A stretch of 51,074 bases of DNA, counting the filler, from Circinaria calcarea (taxonomy: Eukaryota): NCBI GenBank assembly GCA_051942165.1. It is 3 parts of 3 records of this genome, joined end to end, with 100 filler letters (N's around TTAATTAATTAA, not from the genome) between each part and the next. Parts side by side here need not be neighbours in the genome. Positions count along the whole stretch, not along the records: positions 34,153 to 51,074 come from JAVECS010000296.1; 2 more parts are not named here. One strand, 5' to 3'. Below are positions 39,760-51,074 of the stretch, in pieces; position 1 is the first letter of the stretch; each line of letters opens with the position of its first letter. The position numbers and the translations under genes are program-made. A model generated the notes under the pieces. It saw only the letters and a list, made by a program, of their open reading frames with translations. It was not told where the DNA came from and did not search any database.

Positions 39760-39909
39760 ACGCTGGTGACCCAAAAAAAATGAGAATGGAACATCGCGCT
39801 CGTAGTTAAAAATCACTCGCTTAATCCCAAGTTTGGCGCCCCTAGTACTAGAAGGGTCCCCACAGATTTAGGCTGTCGGCGCATTCTCATTTTTTTGGGT
39901 CACCCGCGT
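39760..39909. mobile_element. MITE-like element/long inverted repeat (about 150 bp)
   Basis: Left arm ACGCTGGTGACCCAAAAAAAATGAGAATG (39760-39788) and right arm CATTCTCATTTTTTTGGGTCACCCGCGT (39882-39909) are near-perfect reverse complements. No clear target-site duplication. Confidence 0.55.
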
Positions 39910-40185
39910 TGGTGGAGGAAATTTAAGGTTTGATGCCCATGCGACTCAAGCATGGACTATAATTGATCAGCCCTACCCTTGCAGCGGCATGACGATAGCC
40001 TTGGGAAATACCCCTCGGCCTGAAACTGTTACAGTGCCTGTAATGGTACTTACTCTGTGCAGACAATAAGGACACCTTAATGCGCCTAGATCTCTTGCAA
40101 CCTCATTTGCAGAGATAACATTGCAAAGTGACTTGAAATCTCCACGAGAATCCACATCCTCCTACGAAATCTCCCTAACGCCAAC

Positions 40186-40885
40186 ATGAACCGCCTCTTC
40201 GGTGCCAAAAATACAGGCCCCAAACCTACCTTGACCGGCGCTATCTCTAACGTTCGACTGGCCCCTCCCCGTCACTGGGTCTCCTAAAACGCTAATCTCC
40301 TCACAGGTCGACACCCACATCGAATCCCTCGATGTCAAACTCGCCAAACTCAACGCCGAACTGACCTCCCACCAACAGCGCATGTCCAAGATGCGCGACG
40401 GCCCCGGCAAATCCGCCATCAAGCAAAAAGCCCTCAAGATCCTGCAACGGCGCAAGATGTATGAAGCTCAGCGCGAACAGCTGCAGCAGCAATCGTGGAA
40501 CATGGAGCAAGCCGACATGATGACTTCGAATCTGAAGAACGTCATGACCACCGTGGACGCCATGAAGAGTACGAACAAGACGCTGAAGCAGCAGTATGGC
40601 AAAATCGACATCGATAAGATTGAGAGGATGCAGGATGAGATGCAGGACCTGCTGGAGATGGGGAACGAGATCCAGGAGAGTTTGGGGAGGAGCTATGATG
40701 TGCCCGAGGACGTGGACGAGGCGGAGCTGGACGCGGAGCTGGAGGCGTTGGGAGAAGAGGCGGATTTTGAGCAATCGTTGGGGGCAGGAGCGGAAACGGA
40801 AATGCCGGGGTTCATGAGGGATGAGGTACCAAGTTTTGTGGATGAGCCACCCGACGCTGGCAAGTTGAAGGAGGCTCCCGTTTAG
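40186..40885 (+). CDS. VPS60: ESCRT-III subunit Vps60/CHMP5 (Snf7 family), one intron
   Basis: MNRLFGAKNTGPKPTL...|VDTHIESLDVKLAKLNAEL...KQKALKILQRRKMYEAQREQLQQQSWNMEQ...IQESLGRSYDVPEDVDEAELDAELEAL. Confidence 0.93.
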
Positions 40886-41225
40886 GACCTTTTTATAGGG
40901 ATGAGAACCTGCACCTTCAAACCAGGCGCTAAGATTTTGTTTGAGTACTCCTGATGATATGGGTTAGTTCGGAGTCTTCCCGAACAACGGTATCATCCCT
41001 GGCAATTCGACCCGAGGTACTGCTACACATATGGTACCTACAATGCCAGATCGATCCATATATTCTTGGGAGTAGATTATATAAGCTCATGTTGAAATTT
41101 GGCTTATACTATATCCTGCAAGAGGATTGAATGCGTAAACTGGTGATGGATCATAGCACAAAGCGCTCGAAAATACCCTAGGTCTGAAAGCTACTCGATA
41201 AAACATCTCTTGCTGCTCAAAAACG

Positions 41226-41267
41226 CGTCAGAATAGCATCGTCAGGATAACATCGTCAGAATAACAT
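41226..41267. repeat. 14-bp tandem repeat x3 (CGTCAGRATARCAT)
   Basis: cgtcagaatagcat cgtcaggataacat cgtcagaataacat, just downstream of the NRAMP stop. Confidence 0.8.
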
Positions 41268-41300
41268 AGTCCCACTTGATGCGCCACAAGTGACCGAGAA

Positions 41301-43142
41301 TCACACCCTTCCCAGCCCAACCAAGACCAACAACGCCACATTCATCACCGTTATAACCACCCATATTGCTACAGCGAATGCAGCCAGAGCCCAATGATTT
41401 CTCATGCCAATTCCCGGCGCCGAATCGTCGATTTCCTCGCCCTCCCTAGGCTGAGGCGCCTCTACAGTCATGAACTTGTTCCGACACGTGAAATATATGA
41501 GTGGTGCAGATACGAAAGGAAGGATAACACTGAGCGCCACCTGGGACCCATTCAATGCATCGGAAAGCCCATCTCTACCCACGGCACCTGCGATGATGAT
41601 GCTCGGAATGATACTTAGACTTCGGGTAAGTAATCTCCGCATCCACGGTGCCACTGTCCAGTTGAGCGCCCCTTCCGAGACCATCTGGCCTGCTATCGTG
41701 GCTACAATGCCAGCAGATGTTCCGGATAGGAGGAGCGCGAGCGCGAAAATTGTCCCTGCTATGGGTGCTAGAGTCCTGGAAAGAAGGTCATGGATCCCAA
41801 AAAGGTCCGCCGACTGGGCTGCTTCATTTGTCGAGAGCGAGGCCCCAGCAACAATGAGGATGGCGCTATTGACGAAAAGAGCAAACACGCAAAGTGAGAG
41901 CACCATCTCGACGATTGAATAGTTAAGGCAAGACTTGATAGCTGAGATGGACGGTATGTAGGTCTCCTTTTCGTCATCTCTAGTCGCTCTTCGAATATAA
42001 TTGATATTCCCTGCAGCCGAGGCACTGTCAAATGCCCGAAGACGTGCTTGAACGATTCCAGAGCCGAGGTATAAACCGTGTGGCATCACTGTTGCCCCAA
42101 GTATACCGCAGCTGAGATAGATACCCTCGCCTTGAACCACGGCTGAGGATGGAAGATACCCTTTAAATACCTCGCCGACCGATGTGTCCGAGATATATGA
42201 TAGCTCGATACAAAAGCAAATAACAACGCCAAGGACCAATGCGACAATGAAAAATTCAAACACCCGAAGACGTCGCATTGATCCAGTAGGACTATACATG
42301 AAAAGGATGATGAGAACGTCAACGATGGTAATGGCACAACCGGCCACCAATGGTATCTTAAGCAGTAGGTTCAAAGCAATGGCAGACCCGATGACCTATT
42401 CCGAGATTAGCAATCTTTAACCAAGTCGATGTCTGCCATCAAGCAGCACGATTGGCAATTTCGTGCCATGCGAGGCTGATCCTACCTCGGCCATGTCTGT
42501 GGCAATGATGGCTGCTTCTGCCATAATATACAAGGCTATATTCAACCACCTAGGTAAGTGTGCTCGGCAGTTTTGTGCCAGGTCCATGCCGGTGATAGTC
42601 CCGAGACGTAACGCGAGGGTTTGCAAAATCACGGCGAAGATGTTCGACATGAGGACAATGAAAAGCAATCGAAATTTGGTAGCTGCCCCAGCGGCTATAT
42701 CAGTGGAGTAATTGCCCGGATCAATGTAGGCCACAGAAACCATAAAGCCAGGGCCAATGAACTTGGAGAATTTGAAGAGGATTTGCTTTGCCCGTCGAGC
42801 AAGGACCTGAGGCTTCGGGGATGGGGTCGGCTGCACATCGCTTGGTTCCCCAGACGGTACGATGTAGAGACTTGGCGCCGGTTTTTCAGAGAGCCCTGGA
42901 CCAAGATCACGGATTGAGGGCTCTCTTCCCTCCATCCCCTTCCTTTCTGCCGGCTCGATGAGTACCCTACTGGCTTTTTCATCTTGCGTCATGCCATCTG
43001 GGGGTATTTGGTCTCTCTGTGATCTCAGATTCGTGATGCCATTGAGGTCTGATCTCGTCGTTAGGTCCCCAGGCAAACTGCGGGGACTTTGATTATAGCC
43101 GTCATGCTCCGGCAATTCCTCTGTCCGCGAAGGGCAGTTCAT
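41301..43142 (-). CDS. NRAMP-family divalent metal (Mn/Fe) transporter Smf1/Smf2-like, one intron
   Basis: FIGPGFMVSVAYIDPGNYSTD (DPGN), EAAIIATDMAE|VIGSAIA, ILGATVMPH, TIAGQMVSEG, multiple TM segments. Confidence 0.95.
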
Positions 43143-44252
43143 GATTGATTGTAGACAGAAGTGACTTGTACGCACGAGAATGTGGAGATCGCAGTACGCC
43201 TTTATGAAGAAAGAGCGTTACATGGTCACAATGGTCATGATGGAACGCTGACGGTTCATCCCGAAAACTATTCCGAATTGAGTTGTATTGCCCCCGATTT
43301 CAACCCCAGATCGGATAAATCCCGCATTGCTTCACCGCCATACACAAGCATGCGTGCCCAGTTGTGAGCCGAGCCAAGATACTTGCTTGGCCTAGAAGCA
43401 GGATGAAGAGATCTTATTCGAACCACGTAGTACAAGTGTGAGTAGTAGTGCCCAGACACGGCAGAGAACCCCACGCGCTTGACAAAAAAGTTAAATCCCC
43501 CGCTGTAGATACTCGCCTAATAAGTGCCCCTAAGATTGTGATGAGACCTTCAGCTACGGGGGCCTTGAGCCTACTATCATCGGGCGGAATCGGTTAGCAA
43601 GCACAGTGACCCATGGCTATAACGAGCGGGAAATTTTCGATATTGCGTTCGTTACGAAGGAGGATGCGCTATGATGAGATAGGGCTGGGTGAATAGCGGG
43701 GTACTTGTACTGTATAAAACTTGATTTATGCATAGGCTTATGCCATAATAGTTGTTAATGCATATAGCCCTGCCATAAATCTTACTTTGGAAATGATTTT
43801 AGAACTTGTGTATAACGAATACCCGCAGAAAATGTCGTTAACTTACATAAAGCAAGGTAAAAGCTGCAAAGAGCTTTCGTTAAGAACGAGTATTCATTGA
43901 AATTATCAAGCGCGTGAACCCCTATCAGCTCCTGACTGATAGCTGCCATAGCAACGATAAGCTAGCTTCTTCGGACCATGAATAAACAGATCAGAAGTCG
44001 ACAAATGAACCTCCCACCATCATTTTCAGCAAGAAAGGCCATCACTTCTACACGTCTGCACTCAATTATTCTTCAAAGGGCATTTAACTCATCTTAGCAT
44101 AAGAGCAATTTCGTATTTGTTGTCATGTTTAGTTGCTCACTGAGGCTTGCTCACTAAGTGCCTGCATCCACGGGAAACTTGCATCCTCCGAATCCTTGCA
44201 GCACGCGTTTATCCTAGGACGCTGCCGACACTTCAAACTAACTTCCGTCATC

Positions 44253-46974
44253 ATGGCAATGACTACGCAAGTGCCTCCTACTCACGCCGAGCACCATCAC
44301 AAACGTACCAAATCTTCGGTCCTCAAATCCATTGTCAATCACAGACGCAATCCATCGGTTGGTGCGGCATTAACCTCGACCAAATCGGAAAACCAGCGGC
44401 CAGCTACACGAGACTCCTCAAAAGCCCTACCTATTCTACCTTCCGACCACCCTCATGCCAACCCACCTCTCACCACGTCTAGCCAGACCGCGGATCCCTT
44501 CAGAGCGCTGCCTAAACAGTCGGTGGAAGTTTACGATGAAGAGAAGAAAAACCCAAGCGGTCTGCAAATGAGAAAAAAAGGTCCAGTACAATCCCAAGTG
44601 ACTGTGCCTAAGAAGGAAGAGGGGGCGGCAAATTTTGGTAACCCGGAAAGGGAGCGAAAGCCTAAGAAGTCAAAGTCATCTACGAATTTGGCCACCTTCT
44701 TGTCACGGCGAAAGCCATCAAAGAATATGCAGAAGGAAGATGTTCAAGCCATAAAGGACAAGGAGAACCAGACTCCTCCGGGCTCTGCCGTAATAGCGCC
44801 AACGCCAATATGGGCACAGTTCGCCAGTCAGTCAGAGCAAGGTGTGGGTGCAGGAACAAAGGTCCTCTTGAACCATAAGTGGAAAATTGAGGATGAGATG
44901 GCTCTATATACGCCCAAGGAGTATTCCCCCTCAAAGCAAAAGAACTACAACGACTATGAACGACCTACACTATCCCGTCGGCCAAAGTCGGAATACTTCC
45001 CATCGGGGCCAACGGCGGCATCATTTGCAGAAACGGTGGCCCGTCTCCGGAAAACAAGCATTGGCAAAAATAGCATTATCACTTCAATGGGTGGTCAGGA
45101 AACAGGGCACCGGCAGGATAGCATGGAGAAGAACGAGAAAACCCCGAATGAGGTAAAACCATTAAGCGGACGTTTGAGTGAGGAGAACCTTGGACTTCAC
45201 AACGAGTTGTCGAAAACTGACATTCCTAAAACAAAGCGTGGCTCTCGAGTTATGGCTGCAGTCGCAGCATGGAATGGCAAATCGAAGGAAAGACTGGCAG
45301 AAACGAGTTACGCAGACTTGGATACCGAAACTATCGAAAGTGCTTTTGAAAATCTACTGGTCAGTTATTAATTGCAACTTTTGATCCTTTAGCCATACTG
45401 ATGTATACAGGATTCGAGAAACGTTTCACAGGAGGTGAAGGATAAAATGCGGACACTGGATACGAACATCAAAGCGGATTTTGTTAAAAAGAACAGGTCT
45501 GGCTCTACCTCCAGCACTGGCAGCTTAGCAGCCCAAGCCACCTCTCAGCACGCTCATTTGAGACCGAGCACTGGCACAGAGTTTGTGTCGAATGACGCAA
45601 ATCGGAATGGCGCCAGGCCTCAAAACACTCAGGAGTCGGAAACTACTAAAAAGTCAAGGCCAAGGAGTATGACCTTCACCCTTAGTAAAGGGGATTCATC
45701 ACCCACGAAGAAGCAAAGATCAGATCGCACAATCTCACATGGGCGAGCCAAGTCTATTGATCTCATTCATTCGTCGTCATCAAAGTCGTTAACGTCTACT
45801 GGTGCTGCTCAGGCGCTGGCATTCATGAACAAGGCACCTAAGCAAGCCATCCCAGACGACTTCGTCTTGTATCTGCAGAAGTTTCGTCAGCCCGAAACTG
45901 TTGAGGTTGGGAAGCTGCACAAGCTCCGACAACTGTTGAGAAATGAGGCTGTGTCGTGGGTGGATTCCTTCATAACCAAAGGTGGAATGGCAGAGATCGT
46001 TGCTTTGCTACATAGGATTATTGAAGTGGAATGGCGGTGAGCTACTTTGCCGTCCTTTAGAACTTGGATATCTCGCTAACAATTTCTTAAGGGAGGAACA
46101 CGAAGATGCTCTTCTCCACGAAACCCTCCTCTGTCTCAAAGCTCTCTGCACCACTTCCCTTGCACTAGCTTATCTTTCTACCATAGAAAGTAGCCTTTTC
46201 CCTACACTTCTTGCCCTACTCTTCTCCGACGACAAAAAAGGACCAAGCGAGTTCACGACCCGCAGCGTCATCGTTTCACTCCTGTTCACTCATCTTTTGT
46301 CCTCCCCTACGCCAGATCGTGCTGATAAGCTGCTCTCCTTTCTCCGCGATCCATCACCACCAGAAGAGGCCCAACCGCCAGGATTCATCACTTCCATCTA
46401 CGTCTCTCGTCCTTATCGTGTCTGGTGCAAAGAAATTGTCAATGTTACCAAGGAAGTGTTTTGGATATTCCTCCATCATCTCAACGTGGTGCCATACCCC
46501 ACACTTCCTCTATTGTCGGAAGATGCAAATTATGCATCCCTCCACTTTCCCCCAACCCGTCCTCCAGTTCCTGCAGCTCCTTACGTCGGCGGTGTGGAAT
46601 GGGAAGCAACCAACTATCTGGCTGCTCACCTTGACTTACTGAATGGTCTCCTCGCCTCCATTACTACGGGTGAAGAACGTAATGCACTCAGACAAGAACT
46701 GAAAGACAGTGGGTTTGAAAAGATCATGGGTGGCACGCTAAGAACGTGCAAAGGGAAGTTTTACGGGGGAGTTCATGCTGGGCTGACCACTTGGATAGGG
46801 GCAGCTAGAGACGACGGATGGAGTGTTAGCGGTGTGAGGGAGGGCCCGCCTAGAGAAGACGTGAAGATCAGAAGTGCCAGTCCGAAGAAAAAGAAGGATC
46901 AGCCGCCAAGGTTGGAAATGCCGAAACTGGAGCTGGCTGCGAAGGCGGAGGACGATGATGGGGGATGGCTCTAG
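44253..46974 (+). CDS. Formin-type GTPase-binding-domain (Drf_GBD) protein, Rid1-like, 3 exons
   Basis: IESAFENLL|DSRNVSQEVKDKMRTLDTNIKADFV, VGKLHKLRQLLRNEAVSWVDSFITKGG, LHETLLCLKALCTT. No FH1/FH2 domain evident. Confidence 0.75.
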
Positions 46975-48003
46975 AGGGCTTCGGCGGTAATGGGTGTTTC
47001 AAACGGATGACGGAACGGGGTATGTAATGACCATTAGGATGGATGATGATATAGGGGATAGTGTTGATGGGGTACTTGGGGTGGAGTCTTGGAGTCCATG
47101 GGTTTTGAATTTTCATTGTCATGGAGCTGATGTGAATTGGATCATGGGGAATGAAGTATAACGAAGCTTTATGATTTTCTTTTTGCTTTCTTTTCTGGGC
47201 ACAAAGTTCCCGGTGGTAAGAATATACCGTTTTGTGAGAGTAGAGAGCTCATCGGTTTCTGATTGCCCCTTTTTACATCAAGACGTACCCAGGGTAAAGC
47301 TTATACGAGGACGAAAAGTGAACCTGATGAACTTGAGCTACACGGTAATCAGCTGGAAGGCTTTGAATCCCATCACACTGTTCTACTCCATGTTGTGTGA
47401 GTAGGTGAATGGGACAGAGGCAGCTTTAGCCTCGCTAGTTTTGCTACCTTTTCGTTAGGTAAGTCACCTGTGGGATTTAAGTGCGGCGTGGGTGATCGAC
47501 AACCGTGTGGGTATTAGAATGGCGAGGTAGTAGACATCAGTCTCGTGGACTTGGCGCATGCCATGTGGGCTATGTCTAGGCTTTGGATTTGAGGCATTCA
47601 CTCTCCAGACCGCGCCTTTAGCTATTGAGGTAGGGGAGCAGCCTATGCCGAGGAATAGTTTGAAACTTATGTGCTTTGGCATGTCACCTTATTCAGCTTG
47701 AAAGGGGGTAAGTGGGATAGTTTTGGTGGGGGTAGGGGGAGGCATTTTACTCCGGAAAAACAGTCATACAATATGAGGCTATCACTCATACCGTGTCCGT
47801 GAAGTTAATAGCGGATGTCTTTCTCACTTACTGTAGTCAATAGTGCTCTATAGGACAACTGTATGTACATTCTAAAGTTCATGGTCGGGTATACCTACTA
47901 GCGTACCAGACAATACCTTGATACCAGCAATGGAAGAACATACACGGAAGACGTCATATGTAGACAACCGACCAGACAACACTGTAATCTCCTCTTTAAT
48001 GTC

Positions 48004-48868
48004 ATGTCATCAGAGCAGTTGAGTCAACTTCAATCTTATACTGCATGCGACGTGAGTTGACCAAAGCAGCTGGGAAAGAAGAAGTCTGAATTGAAATCCA
48101 GATATCTGATGCTCTGCTCAAACTCGAGGTCCCAAAGCCTGGACGGCGAGCATGTGGGGGCTTTCTAGCTGGCATATGTATGTTTACAGGGAAAAATTAG
48201 CAAACACGGCTGATACAAGTAGTACCCATCTCGATTGAAAGCTCTTCTTCACGCGTGGGGAAGACTATTGCTCCAGCATCGACTGTCCAATTTCAACCCA
48301 AACCCGGCGTCGATGGAGAATCGTCGCAGCCTAAAATAGCTGCTTCCAACCTGGAGCCTGGGACCCATTGGGTAGATGCAACAAAACCTGATACCGTTGT
48401 GGTCATCCAACAGCCAGGGGGTCAAAAATGTGCGGTCGTGGGTGGTATAATGGCACTTCGGATGCATCAATTGGGTGCCAAAGGCGTAATAGTCTCCGGT
48501 CGAGTAAGAGATGTGGACGAGCTGCGGTCATTGGAGGGTCTACCGGTCCGTACTGGTTGCCAACACCACAGACATACAATGGCTAACCGCTTCAGATATG
48601 GGCCCGTTCTACCTCGACAGTTGGCACGTCCGCCGAGGCTGTGGCGTATGCCGTACAGGTCCCAGTACTTGTCGGGGAAGTCGAAATTAGGCCTGAAGAT
48701 ATCGTGTTCTGTGATCCGTCGAATGGTGTGGTTGTCATACCAGCGCCCCTGCTTGATGATGTTTTGCAGATCCTCCCGTTGCTTGTACACAGCGATGATA
48801 TGGTCAAGACGGCCGTGGTTGAAGGTATGTCTGTCCAAGAGGCCTTCGCAGCCTTTAGGAAACGTTAA
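48004..48868 (+). CDS. RraA-like/HMG aldolase family protein, 4 exons
   Basis: YTACD|ISDALLKL, CAVVGGIMALRMHQLGAKGVIVSGRVRDVDEL, VEIRPEDIVFCDPSNGVVVIP. Confidence 0.87.
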
Positions 48869-49386
48869 GGCACCAGATTTTCTATATGATAATGCAGAAC
48901 ATTCCCCGGTGAAGACTCCTGTTAGCTTAGAGAACCTTATTTCCAAAACAGAAAGCGCCAAATATATAAGAGAACTGTTCCAAAACAAATTCTTATGGAT
49001 GCCAAAATATGGCAATTTTGGGTTTAGATGCGAAAATATGAAACTGTGAAGAGATTTATTTCCACACCGCAGTTTGCATACTCAAGCGGAGAAAAACTTT
49101 GAAGAATTTTACAGGAAAGTATCTGGCTGTAAGATTCAACTGTACATGAGAGATGTCCAAGAGGTTTAAGAAAGGTTACCCTAATCTCATAAACCGACGA
49201 CATCATCGTTTAGGCTTTCATGATGCACAAGTTTGGGAGAGATATTGGTAGCATATACTACTAACGTCCTTGATCGGTAACGAAACATCGTCACGTCGAC
49301 CGCCAAGGCTAGCTTCGTGGACACAACAAGCAAGTCTTTCACTTTTATCTCTCCAACCTTGATTGCCGTGTCAAGCTGTCACGACT

Positions 49387-49670
49387 CTACATCTACCTTT
49401 CTAGCACACCTTCTAGCACACCTCTCTTTCCTTCGGCGACTCTTTACCACAGCGACTCTTTACTTCGACCACCCTTTACAGCAACCGTTATTCGAAATAT
49501 CTCCCTACCTCAGCAATTTCGAGCACAGTGGCACGCTTTTGCGCTTCTAAGTCTACCCTAGGAACACATCTATCTCTCTAGCATACCTTCTTTCTACTTC
49601 AGCAACTCTTTGCTTCGACCACCCTCCATAGCAACGTTACTTGGAAAATCTCCCTACCTCAGTAGTCTCG
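49387..49670. repeat. Degenerate direct duplication of about 110-130 bp
   Basis: Copy 1 (about 49387-49520) and copy 2 (about 49565-49670) share catcta..tctagcaYacctt..actctttRcttcgaccaccct..agcaac..atctccctacctcag. Confidence 0.8.
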
Positions 49671-49678
49671 CATTTAAG

Positions 49679-50481
49679 ATGTTACCGGCGATCTACTCAC
49701 AGCTCGATGAGAAACTCAAGAAAGAGTACTCTAAGCGCGATTTTCCCGAGGAGAAAACTTTTCGCTTGCTGCAGTATCGTATTCGCAACTCAATCATAAC
49801 TAAGCAGTGAGTTCTATGCGCAAGGCAATGGACCTTGGGGGATCATATCGGTCTAATCTCATTTACAGTTCAGCTCAACAATTAACCTCCTCTACGGCTA
49901 CGATGTTGGAGCCTACGATACGACGCCGGATCTTGAAGTCGCTGCTTGTCACTGAGCCCATCAGACTTCCCACATCTGGTCTTGTGAATGCAGCGATTCT
50001 GCGTACCAACAAGCAATTGTACGGCGAAGCTGTCAGGATACTCTATGGGAAAAATCGATTCGTCTTCTATGAGCCCGATGTCCTTCTGGAGTGGCTAAAC
50101 ATGATCGGCGATAACATTACCAAGATTCGCGATATGAGGCTTTCTCTAACGACTGGGTACGTTAACGGCATTGGCCCCCCGGCAGAAAGACTCTGGTTGG
50201 GTGCGTTCATTCGGCTGGCGCCTCTCCAGCAACTGACCTTTCTCGAACTCGACTTCACGGCATGGCTGCCATCTTCCCCCGCCCTCGCCAAAGTGGAGAG
50301 TCGAACCACTGTTGAGCAAAGTTTAGAACAAATATTTGCAGATCGAGCGAAGGAAATTGCAGATCAAGCGAAGAAGGCCGTAATTAAACTGCTGAACAGT
50401 TTCACAAACCAGGGGCTTAGCCGGGTAGCTGTGCAAAACAAGTTGTGCCTGTTAATGAGACGCAAACCAGTACCTTTGTGA
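49679..50481 (+). CDS. Hypothetical protein of an expanded fungal F-box-like family
   Basis: ATG at 49679, intron 49807-49868 restores the frame. Motifs PTIRRRILKSLLV and AILRTNKQLYGEAVRILYGKNRFVF (xLRTxKQxYxEAxxxLYxxNxF), followed by IRDMRLSL. Confidence 0.65.
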
Positions 50482-51074
50482 TGTGATGGTAAAGAATGGG
50501 GCGAATGCGGTGGTGGACATGGCGTTTTGAGCTCTTATCAACAAGCCAAGCGATGGTGGGGTGGTTGAAATGATGTGAACTGGCGAAGATTGGCGGAAAA
50601 AGTTCTTTGATATGGAAACCCGCAGCATATGTAGGTTTTTTGTTTGTTATGATCGTGTGAGGTTAGATAATTGCGGTGGAGGAGTCATCCAAATCACACG
50701 TTGATCACCTCTTTTAATTCACTTTATGTAAACATGACTGATGACACACAAACCAAATAGTATTAATACTTGATATATCTGATGGTGAAAGCTGATCTTC
50801 CTCCAAACAATTCATTGTACTAAGCAGACAACTGTTCAAGAAGCATCCAAGACGCAAGGTACCTTCAGCATGCCTAGACGCTCCAGAGTTCCTTACACAA
50901 GGACCTACACTCCCGGTCCACTACCACCACCACCTCCTCCACCCCTTCAGCAATCTCACGCCGTTGCCCAACCTTCATCGCCGCCTCCATTTCGATACCA
51001 ATCCATTCCCTACAACCAATATCAACCACCTCCCACCACCTTTACCGCAGCCCCCCAAACCCCAACTCAACAGT

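Noticed and set aside
50874..51074. Possible 3' end of a minus-strand gene (...EWIGIEMEAAMKVGQRREIAEGVEEVVVVVDRECRSLCKELWSV*)
   Set aside because: G-rich coding-like tail, but too short, needs a 36-nt intron, and no family was recognised.

Overview
This is gene-dense genomic DNA from a filamentous ascomycete (Pezizomycotina), with short GT-AG introns and CTRAC/CTAAC branch points. It consists of three contigs joined by artificial 100-nt N-TTAATTAATTAA-N spacers at 16990-17089 and 34053-34152. Contig 1 holds GEM1, creC, creD, an Slm1-like BAR-PH gene, a Zds1-like gene, msrB and a truncated ArfGAP. Contig 2 holds PP2C, PCT1, RPS23, a conserved hypothetical gene, a BTB gene, an EFM6-like methyltransferase, a GNAT, AXL2, an intronless viperin (RSAD2) and, head-to-head with it, a spliced UMP-CMP/adenylate-kinase-family gene that the ORF track misses and the contig end truncates. 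Contig 3 holds SAP190, a MITE-like hairpin, VPS60, NRAMP/SMF, a formin-GBD (Rid1-like) gene, an RraA-like gene and a hypothetical gene. The main result is the divergent viperin-NMP kinase pair, which resembles the vertebrate RSAD2-CMPK2 locus and prokaryotic viperin-kinase loci but uses an adenylate-kinase-family enzyme. Gene names come from motif recognition only, with no database searches run.
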